Positions 17,022 to 25,979 of a DNA stretch of 64,000 bases are shown piece by piece. The first letter of the stretch is position 1, and the number at the start of each line of letters is the position of its first letter. Below the pieces are notes generated by a model. That model did not search any database and was not told the DNA's origin. It saw nothing but the letters and a program-made list of their open reading frames with translations. Source of the DNA: a virus. Its lineage: Duplodnaviria; Heunggongvirae; Uroviricota; Caudoviricetes. The position numbers and the translations under genes are program-made. The stretch is from positions 9,787 to 73,786 of the IMG/VR virus record IMGVR_UViG_3300015214_000024. One strand, written 5' to 3'.

Positions 17022-17228
17022 ATGGATCAATTTTTTAGCCAATTCGGAGAGAAAGGTTGTTTTGACCTTAGTGCTAAGGTACGACTCTTCCGCAAGTCGT
17101 TCCTGGAAAGCGGTGGCGATCTTGCCGATTTTCCAAAATTTCTGGAAGAAAATGGTATTAAGGCTGATGGGGCATCGATTACTGTCGACGATCGTGCTAA
17201 TACTCTGGAACAATTTTTGAAGGATTGA
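17022..17228 (+). CDS. small protein (68 aa), tandem paralog of 16810..17016
   Basis: sequence similarity to preceding gene. Confidence 0.5.
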   Translation: MDQFFSQFGEKGCFDLSAKVRLFRKSFLESGGDLADFPKFLEENGIKADGASITVDDRANTLEQFLKD

Positions 17229-17231
17229 AAG

Positions 17232-17702
17232 ATGCTTATTCACGCTAAGGGTAATCTTCTCGCTATGGCCGCCGAAGGCCAATTTGATGTTATCGTCCAC
17301 GGCTGCAACTGTCAGGTTGATATGGGTGGCGGGATTGCTAAGCAAATTGCAGAGCAGTATCCGGAAGTGGCTGATTTGGATGCCAGCTTCAATGAAATGT
17401 TCGTCCACAAAGCTCTAATGCTTGGCAACATTGAATGGACTGATGTCGACGATGATGCTTTTACCATCGTCAACGGATATACCCAATTGATGGGCGGAAG
17501 TGGCACTTTCAGCTATGCTGCTCTGGAACTGGTGCTGATGAAAGTCGGAGCCGTATTTGCCGGTAAGCGCATTGGACTTCCTTACATCGGCTGTGGCATC
17601 GCCGGCGGGGACCAGAACAAAGTCGTTGACTTGTTCGAACTATTTGCTATAAAGGCTGCAAAGGACGGGACGAAAGTGACGCTCGTCGAATTTGCCCCGT
17701 AA
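17232..17702 (+). CDS. macro-domain (ADP-ribose binding/hydrolase)-like protein
   Basis: DVIVHGCNCQ..MGGGIAKQI and IGLPYIGCGIAGG resemble macro motifs. Confidence 0.5.
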   Translation: MLIHAKGNLLAMAAEGQFDVIVHGCNCQVDMGGGIAKQIAEQYPEVADLDASFNEMFVHKALMLGNIEWTDVDDDAFTIVNGYTQLMGGSGTFSYAALELVLMKVGAVFAGKRIGLPYIGCGIAGGDQNKVVDLFELFAIKAAKDGTKVTLVEFAP

Positions 17703-17711
17703 GGAGATAAA

Positions 17712-18206
17712 ATGCCCCATTACCTATACATTCTAACTGTTACGAAGGATATGCCTTCGATGGGTCGCGGTAAGAGCGTTGCTCACGCTGCCCACGCTGC
17801 TAATTTGTTCACGTATGATCATTACGTAACAACGGACAATGACAATCCGCCATTGGATGAAGTAGTGGAATGGCACGAAAGTGCTAATGGTTTCGGCACC
17901 ACCATTGCCTTGGATATTGGCACTGTTGCTGAAATGGAAGCTATTATTGCAGAATCAAAGGGTCACGAATGTCTGTCTGGCATTGTAGTCGATCCCACAT
18001 ATCCGTATTTTGTGGATGCTGAGATCGTATCGCTGATCCAGCCGGAACTCCACACAATGGAACCAATTCGGTTGGATACTGGCTCGTATCTCTGCCACCG
18101 CAAGCAGGCAACTGCTGCTTATATTTTCGGCGACAAGGAGGCTCTTGCGCCGCTGTTGAGCAAATATAATCTGCTGTCCAATGACACAGTGCCTCGCGCT
18201 CGCTGA
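17712..18206 (+). CDS. peptidyl-tRNA hydrolase, PTH2 family-like
   Basis: MGRGKSVAHAAHAA matches PTH2 GKGK..AQ.AHAA motif. Confidence 0.6.
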   Translation: MPHYLYILTVTKDMPSMGRGKSVAHAAHAANLFTYDHYVTTDNDNPPLDEVVEWHESANGFGTTIALDIGTVAEMEAIIAESKGHECLSGIVVDPTYPYFVDAEIVSLIQPELHTMEPIRLDTGSYLCHRKQATAAYIFGDKEALAPLLSKYNLLSNDTVPRAR

Positions 18207-18268
18207 TCGCCTTATGGGGAATTACATCCTGCTCCGTCATTGACGGAGCAGGACCCCTCAATGGTAAG

Positions 18269-18487
18269 ATGACATTTGAGCGTCGATTTAATATGGATCA
18301 CGTTCAGATTGTTGCTGGGGCTGCTCTCAAGAAGCTAGAGGCTGGCGAGCCTCATACTAATGTCGGTGTTGAGTTCATCATTGAGCAGCTACTGGTGGAA
18401 AAAGACTGGGCTGGCTTGGGCCTAGATCCGTATGTGGCTCCTATCAATTACGAAGCCGTTGAGGAACTGAAAAAGTACCTTACTTAA
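18269..18487 (+). CDS. hypothetical protein (72 aa)
   Basis: ORF; 9-bp hairpin CCTGCTCCG/CGGAGCAGG upstream. Confidence 0.45.
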   Translation: MTFERRFNMDHVQIVAGAALKKLEAGEPHTNVGVEFIIEQLLVEKDWAGLGLDPYVAPINYEAVEELKKYLT

Positions 18488-18752
18488 TTTTACCGCCACA
18501 TTCTACAAAGCTGGCTTCAAGTTCAATAACATACTCTTTGAGTTGAGCCAACGATTTTCTCATAACAGTGTTTTGCTCTTCTAAATGCATACCAGTTCGT
18601 GCGCGGTCTAAATCTGTTGATTTTCTTTTAACAGTAACATCACATATTACAACTTGAGCTGTTGGGATTGGTTGCACAACAGGATGACTTTTCGGTGTCG
18701 ATGCACACGCTGCCAGTAAACTAATGACTGGTATGATTATCCATTTTTTCAT
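18480..18752 (-). CDS. lipoprotein (o-spanin-like or exclusion lipoprotein), 90 aa
   Basis: signal peptide with lipobox LLAAC; 4-nt overlap with upstream membrane protein. Confidence 0.55.
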   Translation of the reverse strand: MKKWIIIPVISLLAACASTPKSHPVVQPIPTAQVVICDVTVKRKSTDLDRARTGMHLEEQNTVMRKSLAQLKEYVIELEASFVECGGKIK

Positions 18753-19264
18753 TTATTAGCGCTCCAATCTATGATGAATTGATCATTAATCTGTTCTTCA
18801 GTTTCAACTCGTTGTGCTGGTGTCTTACCACTTGGGGCTGGGCGGCTATATTTTCTAACTAAATGCTGGTAATAAGTCTTTTCTCTGCGTAGCTGGGCTG
18901 CTTCTTGCTTAGATTCAGCTATTTCCTGCTGTAATTGCTGAACCGTTACATTGACTACTTTTACTTTACCAGGAAGCCTAACAGTGCGTTCTTTAACTTT
19001 ATAAGTTTCGATAACTTTAGCTTGTTCCTGGATGATTTTAGTCTTTTCCTGGATAATGTATCTTGTTTCAACCAATGTACCAATAGTAACTACCCAAACA
19101 CAGCAAAGAACTACGGCTAAAGTCATAAGGAATGCTTCTGCTTCTGAAGCTGGTGTTTTAATTATTCGCTTTCGGGCCCATTGCCAGATAGCTTTCAAAA
19201 ATTTCCCCACCATTCGAAATGGAAAAAGTAAAGCTGATAAAACCTTTTTAAAATTTATTTTCAT
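18749..19264 (-). CDS. membrane protein with N-terminal TM and long coiled coil (i-spanin-like), 171 aa
   Basis: GAGGA RBS; TM + coiled coil; paired with lipoprotein. Confidence 0.55.
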   Translation of the reverse strand: MKINFKKVLSALLFPFRMVGKFLKAIWQWARKRIIKTPASEAEAFLMTLAVVLCCVWVVTIGTLVETRYIIQEKTKIIQEQAKVIETYKVKERTVRLPGKVKVVNVTVQQLQQEIAESKQEAAQLRREKTYYQHLVRKYSRPAPSGKTPAQRVETEEQINDQFIIDWSANK

Positions 19265-19349
19265 AAATTTTCCTCGCCTTTCGCGTATTTATTTCATTTG
19301 ACTGGCTGACGCACTTATGCTATTGGTTCAATATACACAAGGAGACAAT

Positions 19350-19424
19350 AATGATTGCTATTAAGTATTATGCTTACCAGGTGGCATTCTTCCTCACAAA
19401 ATATGTCAATCCCTGGTTGCCGTG
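19350..19424 (+). CDS. 24-aa leader ORF, strong RBS, GTGA-coupled to next gene
   Basis: AAGGAG 7 nt upstream of ATG. Confidence 0.25.
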
Positions 19425-19787
19425 AAACAGGTTTACACAATTGGCGGTCTGAATCGTGGATCGTTCAGGCGCAGCCTACAGGCCTACAGTATCCACTATG
19501 TGGAGGACAAAGGTTTGTTAGATAGTCAATTTGTAGTTGACGCAACACCAGCACAGCATCAGGCTATTATGGATCACATCGACCAAATCAATTATCAGGC
19601 AGAATTTTCATTCTTCACTTTCAAAATCAAAAATGGTGGAGAAGCGAACGAATTCGAAGCTTATGTGGAAATGTTTCCAGAAGCAAAGATGACAAAAAAG
19701 AAAGGCTGGTTCAAGACCACCTTTGATATCTTTTGTCATCCGACTAATGCCAAACATTTTCAGAATATGGCATCCGAATTGAGTTGA
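19422..19787 (+). CDS. hypothetical protein (121 aa), GTG start
   Basis: ORF coupled to leader peptide. Confidence 0.45.
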   Translation: MKQVYTIGGLNRGSFRRSLQAYSIHYVEDKGLLDSQFVVDATPAQHQAIMDHIDQINYQAEFSFFTFKIKNGGEANEFEAYVEMFPEAKMTKKKGWFKTTFDIFCHPTNAKHFQNMASELS

Positions 19788-19812
19788 CATCGACGGGTCA
19801 ACTCACTATAAT
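19784..19812 (+). promoter_or_regulatory. consensus sigma70 promoter TTGACA-N17-TATAAT
   Basis: perfect -35 and -10. Confidence 0.6.
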
Positions 19813-19941
19813 GGAATCATAGTGTTGTTGAGCTGGCCTCCAACACTATGAGGGGATGGGGTGGAGTTGAGCTTAGGTTCCTCCACCCCAATGTTTATAA
19901 TTAATAATAAATATTCCTATACTATTAAGGAATATTCCCCT

Positions 19942-20658
19942 ATGAACGACGAAGATTTAGTTAAGCGCGTTGTCAAGATGATTGAGGATTTAAGATCACT
20001 TGGTGGATCTGATCGTCTCTATATCTTCTCGCCTTATTTCAAACCAATCGACATCAGTATGCCAACATTGTTCGGTGCATTGATGAACTTCACCAATTTC
20101 CAGGACTTTTCAGAAGACAAAGTCCAAGGCTTCAAGAAAATTGTCAATGATAATGAAGACATTCTAACTGGATATGTACGCATCGGTAATTCAGTTTATA
20201 AAGCTGAAATGGATCACGAATACAAGACTCTTCCAGAAACAAAAGGCCGCGAACTCATCAAGGCATTAGTAAGCCGCGCTGTTAAAGTTGGCCGCTTTGA
20301 TTTGTCAATGTTAAATCCTGGTTGGCTTAAAAACAACGAAGCGCACAACACGGTCGAAGCAGATCCGCATCATACAATGCAGGAAGCTACTTGGGCGCAC
20401 GATGAAGTTCCTATCCACGATGTAGCTAATGAGCCAGGCGAAGCTGTGCAGACAGCTCTTAAAATGCTAACTGAAGTATTTGGTCAATGCACTCATAACA
20501 ACATACAGGTCCAAGAAATGGAAGAGATGTTGGAAGACGCAGTTGCTCCTTACCACATCGAACTCACTCCTAGCAAAGACGGTATTCAAATCGTTGGTCA
20601 GAATCACGTCGGAGTTATGCTATATAACAACGACGGTGAACTTTACTGGGAATTCTAA
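19942..20658 (+). CDS. hypothetical protein (238 aa)
   Basis: AAGGAA RBS; two hairpins in leader. Confidence 0.55.
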   Translation: MNDEDLVKRVVKMIEDLRSLGGSDRLYIFSPYFKPIDISMPTLFGALMNFTNFQDFSEDKVQGFKKIVNDNEDILTGYVRIGNSVYKAEMDHEYKTLPETKGRELIKALVSRAVKVGRFDLSMLNPGWLKNNEAHNTVEADPHHTMQEATWAHDEVPIHDVANEPGEAVQTALKMLTEVFGQCTHNNIQVQEMEEMLEDAVAPYHIELTPSKDGIQIVGQNHVGVMLYNNDGELYWEF

Positions 20659-20694
20659 TTGACTTCACATTAGTCCACGTGTAAGTTAGACATT

Positions 20695-21537
20695 ATGAAA
20701 TTTGATCTTATGTCTGACCTTCACGTGGACCTTTCTCCGAGTTTTAGACTCGATTATGGTTCTATGGCAACTAGCCCTATTGCAATTGTTGCTGGTGATA
20801 CTTCAAACGATCCAGATACTACAATCTTCGAACTAGAACGAATCGCTTCCCATTATGAGCAAGTATTGTTCATTGACGGGAACCACGAACATTATGATAA
20901 TCGTGATGAGACTCGTCGCCGCTCAGACAGGATGCCTGAGTGGGTATATGCTTACCTGCATAGCAACTTTAGGGATCACCCTAATATCACGTATCTGGGC
21001 TCTGGAATCAAGCCTGTCATTATTGGCACTACCGCATTTGTTGGTGCTAATGGATGGTACGACTTTAATTGGTTGTCTACTCCTCAGGATTATTGCATCC
21101 AGAACTGGTACAGCAAAATGAATGATTCTTATTGGGCGAACATTGATCACGGCTGGGTCTTGAATGAGTGTACAAGGCTAACAAATAACATCGTGCAGAC
21201 AGTCGATCAACTAAACCAAGACCCAGCAATTAAAGATATTGTGTTGGTAACCCACACGATTCCTATTGAAGCTGGGGTTTATTATCACCCCACAGATCCG
21301 ACTTGGAATGCACTCAACGGGTGCTATTTGAACTCACAAATCAAAGCAGCACACAAAGGCAAAGTACGTGTCCATTGCTTTGGACACACTCACAGAAGGC
21401 AATTGTTCAACATCAATGGCATCGACTTTGCCTGCAACCCACGAGGCTATCAAGGCGAGCCTGGATTTGCCAGCTGGACTCCTATGGAGATAGATCTTGG
21501 GAGCTTTAAAGTTTCAGCTTTTGGAGAGATTGAATGA
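20695..21537 (+). CDS. calcineurin-like metallophosphoesterase
   Basis: GDTSND ... GNHEHYD motifs. Confidence 0.7.
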   Translation: MKFDLMSDLHVDLSPSFRLDYGSMATSPIAIVAGDTSNDPDTTIFELERIASHYEQVLFIDGNHEHYDNRDETRRRSDRMPEWVYAYLHSNFRDHPNITYLGSGIKPVIIGTTAFVGANGWYDFNWLSTPQDYCIQNWYSKMNDSYWANIDHGWVLNECTRLTNNIVQTVDQLNQDPAIKDIVLVTHTIPIEAGVYYHPTDPTWNALNGCYLNSQIKAAHKGKVRVHCFGHTHRRQLFNINGIDFACNPRGYQGEPGFASWTPMEIDLGSFKVSAFGEIE

Positions 21538-21701
21538 GCCCGTTTTGGAAAGGATTCTTTAGCATTTTTAGCTTTGGGGCTCCAATGAAAGATCCTTATG
21601 TGAAATACAAACAAAAGGAATTTCAATGGTATCACAAGGGTGAATGGTGGGAACATCCTATGTGGGGCGATACTTGGACAAAGAAAAAGGACCGGGATTA
21701 A
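21534..21701 (+). CDS. small Trp-rich protein (55 aa)
   Basis: ATGA coupling; followed by terminator. Confidence 0.4.
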   Translation: MSPFWKGFFSIFSFGAPMKDPYVKYKQKEFQWYHKGEWWEHPMWGDTWTKKKDRD

Positions 21702-21714
21702 CCGGTCCTTTTTT
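21689..21714 (+). terminator. rho-independent terminator GGACCGG-gattaa-CCGGTCC-T6
   Basis: end of plus-strand block. Confidence 0.75.
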
Positions 21715-21933
21715 ATTGCCTTACTTTACAGTCTCTCGACCTCGCATACTCTACACTAATGGCCATCTAAGGGCTTCACAAGAGCGCTTTTGATCTAACC
21801 AGTAATGCTCGTAACTTAAGGCTTTCCAATACACCAATAGAGGTGGGGATGATTGAAATCATCCCCCACATATCAAAGGGTTGGCTTACTTGATACCCCA
21901 GCCCGTATGCACAGTCTACCTCGAGAAAGGCAA

Positions 21934-22335
21934 TTAACGATCGCGGCGGTAATAACCCCGGCGGCGATCATATTCACGATCACGATTTCGATAGTAGTGA
22001 CGATAGCCGTAGCCATTGTCCTGATACCAACGATCCCGATAATAATAGCCGTCTTCGCGGTAATAGTAGCCCTGATACCAGTAGCATCCTTCTGAGAAAT
22101 AACGACTCTCATAGGGAGAACGTAAATGCTCCCATTGATCATAGCCATCACGCTCACGTTGATTGGATAATGCCAGTCCGAGAATTACACCAGCAACACC
22201 AACTGCAACGACCGTTCCAGCATCTGCACGGCCACGATGATCGTGATATGGATTTTGCTGCCAGCGTTGATGAGCCATAGCAGGAGTTGTCAGTGCTACT
22301 GATGCCATAAGGGCTAAAGCGACGAGTTTTTTCAT
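21934..22335 (-). CDS. secreted low-complexity Arg/Tyr/Gly/Asp-rich protein
   Basis: signal peptide MKKLVALALMASVALTTPAMA; GGAG RBS; YYYRDRWYQDNGYGYRHYY repeats. Confidence 0.55.
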   Translation of the reverse strand: MKKLVALALMASVALTTPAMAHQRWQQNPYHDHRGRADAGTVVAVGVAGVILGLALSNQRERDGYDQWEHLRSPYESRYFSEGCYWYQGYYYREDGYYYRDRWYQDNGYGYRHYYRNRDREYDRRRGYYRRDR

Positions 22336-22392
22336 AAACCTATCTCCTATACGTTTATCGTATATAGTAGCACTGACAACTTTAATCAAGCC

Positions 22393-23076
22393 TTAATTGC
22401 CAGCCTCCATTGCTTCATAATCGAGGTCCAGTTTCAGCTTAGTACGAAGGCCATCAAAGCCGTCGTAAAGCATATATGTGGTATGAAGCTCTGGAGTGAA
22501 TTCGATCTTAATTAGCGTCGTCGCTCCTTCAGTCATTTCCTCAACTTGCTCACCTTGCTTGTTGGTTACCATCACCCAAGCATTGCCGGCAGCAGAAAGA
22601 CGATTCAACTTACCCAGCACTGGTTTGTGGGCGCGTTTGGGCTTGCAAATAACCCAATCACCTACCTTGATAGTGTTGCCCAGCATATCAGGCACAGCCG
22701 TTTCCTTAATAACTGCTTTAGGTTTGCCCTTCTCAAACTTGACGACGTGGCCGCCAGTATAACCGACAAGAAATTTATGATTGTTATGGTATGCTTTGAT
22801 ACCAACTTTGATCTGCTTTGCAGGCTTATCACCTTCTGCAGGCGAAACTTCTACCAATATCGACCGATCCAGATAAACATTTCCTGAATATCCGGTTGTT
22901 TGGAATATAGTAGGATCGACCACCTTAGCAATGGAACCTTCCCGGGCACCATCTTGAAATTCGTACCAAATGTCCTCACCATTATTAGCAGCATCAATCA
23001 GCTTTCGATAAGGATGCTCTTCCGGCTTACCATAATGGTACGTCTGCCGCGCGGTCACAATAACTGATTCAACCAA
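22393..23076 (-). CDS. hypothetical protein, paralog of 49050..49844
   Basis: shared GAR.GSIA.V..P..IF...TGY.G and C-terminal motifs. Confidence 0.6.
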   Translation of the reverse strand: MVESVIVTARQTYHYGKPEEHPYRKLIDAANNGEDIWYEFQDGAREGSIAKVVDPTIFQTTGYSGNVYLDRSILVEVSPAEGDKPAKQIKVGIKAYHNNHKFLVGYTGGHVVKFEKGKPKAVIKETAVPDMLGNTIKVGDWVICKPKRAHKPVLGKLNRLSAAGNAWVMVTNKQGEQVEEMTEGATTLIKIEFTPELHTTYMLYDGFDGLRTKLKLDLDYEAMEAGN

Positions 23077-23371
23077 TTGTTTTCTCCTGAAAATGCCAGA
23101 TCCTTATAGCAAATCTGGCATACATATGCAAGCCAAAACTTATTCTTGGTGTTCTGCAGGGGAGGTTTTGACCTTAATTGATGCCTTTGGGAATTCCTCC
23201 AAAATATTTTTCTTGGCGATTCTTACTTGCTGTTCTGAAAAACAAGTAATTACGTGCAAGACTTCATTATTAGGACCGTAAGCAACTACGGCGTGAATTA
23301 AGGCAGACATCAACAGGCCTCCAGAGGGTTGTAGTTCAATATCTATACTACAGTTTTGTTACAATGTCTAC

Positions 23372-24136
23372 TTAGTTAGTCAATCCGACGTGGAAATGTA
23401 CCGGATAAATGCTCATATCGTGATCAGTCATCTGCATAGCAGTTGCCAGACTTTCATCAACGTCAATTTTAACACCGTAGATAGTGTTGGTAATTTCCTT
23501 GCCGCCGGAATTGAGCCCAACCCGGATAACTGTGCCGCCTTCAGTAGGACGACACCCATTAACTGTGAGGGCGTCGTCGTGCATTTTCACGTAGGTAAAT
23601 TGTGCTTGCTTCTCAGAGCGTTTCCCGGTGTAGCGAAGCATCCTGAACGGGCTTCCAGTTTGCTTTAACTCAAACGGGCCACTATACATAAGGACATAGT
23701 CACCGTCTACAATTTCACGGCCGAAAAAGTCAACCAAGTTTTTGGCTGCGTTCTTTTCCTTCTTGACGATTTCTGTTTGGCGATCACCACCAATGACAAT
23801 CGAGAAAGGGTATTCGCGGCCATAGCGCGGTATTGCTTTCCGGAGACGGAATTGGAAGTTCCGATTAGTTCCTTCAGCAGTTCCTTCCCAATAATGGTCT
23901 TCGTTAATGTTGGGGCCATATTGGACGCTTCTGAACACTTTAGCAAGGTCGGACGGTCGTCGATACTTATTCACCTTCAAGCGCACAGTTGAACCGGCGA
24001 AAGTGCCATATGGTACAGTGAAATATACAGGAACATCTGCCTCGATGGCTTCCTGGATTATCGCATTGATATTCGTCAGATCTTCAATCTTTTTGCGACA
24101 AAAATTACGATCAACGTGAAATACTTTTTCTTCCAT
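23372..24136 (-). CDS. hypothetical protein (254 aa)
   Basis: AAGGAG RBS before MEEKVF; terminator upstream. Confidence 0.6.
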   Translation of the reverse strand: MEEKVFHVDRNFCRKKIEDLTNINAIIQEAIEADVPVYFTVPYGTFAGSTVRLKVNKYRRPSDLAKVFRSVQYGPNINEDHYWEGTAEGTNRNFQFRLRKAIPRYGREYPFSIVIGGDRQTEIVKKEKNAAKNLVDFFGREIVDGDYVLMYSGPFELKQTGSPFRMLRYTGKRSEKQAQFTYVKMHDDALTVNGCRPTEGGTVIRVGLNSGGKEITNTIYGVKIDVDESLATAMQMTDHDMSIYPVHFHVGLTN

Positions 24137-24217
24137 ACCAATCTCCTTTGCATTATTCATACAAAAAGGGCCGGCACGTGTCAATCACGAACCGACCCTA
24201 TTGGAAAGGTAACGATA

Positions 24218-24892
24218 TTAGTCGTTATTGCTGAAAATACCCATAATGCGCAGGATATACAGGAACATATTGACAAAGTCCAGATAAAGCTCGAGAGCGC
24301 CGGAAATTGCCATCACGTCATCGCCGTAACCTTGATTATAAAGGTCCTTGATCTTCTGTGTATCATAAGCTGCAAGTCCGGCAAATAGCAACACGCCAGC
24401 AAAAGAAACAGCAAGTGTAAACACAGTGCTAACGATAAACATATTGAGGATCAAGAGACCAATCATACCAAACAGTGCAATGGTAAAGAAAGATCCAAGG
24501 CTGCTCATATCAATCTTAGTCGTATAACCAAATAGACTCGTACCAGCAAAGCCGACAGCAGTAGCAAAGAATGCCTGAGCGATCAGTCCCAGCTTGTATG
24601 TGAGAAAGATAGTAGACATACTGGCGCCCATTGCTGCCGCCAGAGCAAGAAACAGAGCGCCGTGGACCATTGGATCACGTGGCAAAAGCCACATACCCAA
24701 AAGTGCAGCAAATGGTGACAGGATGACAGCCCAAGTCATTACCGGCGATGCCAGCATCGCAACAGTAGCACCGCTGGTGAACATAGCCCAAGCAACGCCA
24801 CCAGTGAGAACGAGACCAAGTGTCATCCAATTGTAGACCTTGAGCATAAAGCTGCGCAAGCCTGAATCATAGGAAACAGTAGCAGTAGTCAT
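24218..24892 (-). CDS. Bax inhibitor-1/YccA family membrane protein
   Basis: 7-TM; C-terminal AAYDTQKI..LY..G.......ALELYLDF.N.F family signature. Confidence 0.7.
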   Translation of the reverse strand: MTTATVSYDSGLRSFMLKVYNWMTLGLVLTGGVAWAMFTSGATVAMLASPVMTWAVILSPFAALLGMWLLPRDPMVHGALFLALAAAMGASMSTIFLTYKLGLIAQAFFATAVGFAGTSLFGYTTKIDMSSLGSFFTIALFGMIGLLILNMFIVSTVFTLAVSFAGVLLFAGLAAYDTQKIKDLYNQGYGDDVMAISGALELYLDFVNMFLYILRIMGIFSNND

Positions 24893-24906
24893 TTTCAAAT
24901 TCCTCC

Positions 24907-25569
24907 TTAAAGGATAATTGTGCAGATAATCAGTGCAGAGATGCCAGTAGTAATAAGACCGCCAAGTGCGCCGCTCCACCAAATTTCATCGGCATCGCGG
25001 TATTGGTATTCTGTCACATACTTCTTATTCATTAGTCCAAACAACACAGGCTTGGTCTCGAATGCTTTCGGAGTGCGACGAAAAGTATTCCACACCTTAA
25101 AGAAAGCGAACCAAATCGTGATCACGAACGGAATGCCGATGACAATCCCGCCCAGCTTAGACCAGAAAAGATAAATGGTAATGAGGATGCCGGCTGGTGT
25201 GCGAAGGAAGTCATTGACTGCAATGCCTAGTTCCTTTGCAGTCTGCCCAATAGCCGACCCAAACTCCTTGGCAAGGCCTGCCCATTCCCTGACATTATCA
25301 GGACTCAAAGTCTCACCAACAGGGGCGGCTGCCTTGACTGAATCGCAGGCGCGGCGGACATTGATAATGTCCTGATCTGACATCTGGCTGATATCGAGAG
25401 CATTACAATTAAGTGATGCACCGTCTGGCCCTTTAACCATAGCGGTTGCAACCGTACCAACAGCAGCGCCAGCAGCAGCCGAAACAGCAGTAGATGTGTC
25501 ATCAGCAAAAGCTGGAGTGGTGATGGCCATAGCAGCAGCCAACATAGAAATCAGAGCAAACTTACGCAT
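24907..25569 (-). CDS. secreted/membrane-anchored protein (signal peptide + C-terminal TMs)
   Basis: MRKFALISMLAAAMAITTPAFA signal. Confidence 0.55.
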   Translation of the reverse strand: MRKFALISMLAAAMAITTPAFADDTSTAVSAAAGAAVGTVATAMVKGPDGASLNCNALDISQMSDQDIINVRRACDSVKAAAPVGETLSPDNVREWAGLAKEFGSAIGQTAKELGIAVNDFLRTPAGILITIYLFWSKLGGIVIGIPFVITIWFAFFKVWNTFRRTPKAFETKPVLFGLMNKKYVTEYQYRDADEIWWSGALGGLITTGISALIICTIIL

Positions 25570-25625
25570 TTCATCTCCTTGCAAATATTCATTTTATCTA
25601 TACATTGTGTTGGCCCATTAGTCAA

Positions 25626-25979
25626 TCATTTTTGGATGATCAACCTACACCCTTCCTTGCAAGCATCGACTAGCCGATCATAAACGTCAGGCATAATGTT
25701 AATGCATCCATTAGTCACTCGAACTCTGACTGTTGGGTTATTAGCTTGGAGCCTCCAAACTCGACGCTCACTCGGCCTAAGTGTCCAAACACGATGAATA
25801 GCAAAAACTGTGGAAGGAGATTCATCATACTTCAAGACATCGCCACCATATCCAGGCGATTCAGTATAGCGACGGATGATCTGATACGTTCCAGGAGTCG
25901 TGCGATCGCCCACCAATGCTGGGTAGCACTGATGGGCGAAGCATAGGGTCGCAGCAGTTAAGCTAACGAAAATGTCCAA
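25626..25979 (-). CDS. L,D-transpeptidase (YkuD) catalytic-domain protein
   Basis: TPGTYQI...AIHRVW...TNGCINI motif. Confidence 0.6.
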   Translation of the reverse strand: MDIFVSLTAATLCFAHQCYPALVGDRTTPGTYQIIRRYTESPGYGGDVLKYDESPSTVFAIHRVWTLRPSERRVWRLQANNPTVRVRVTNGCINIMPDVYDRLVDACKEGCRLIIQK

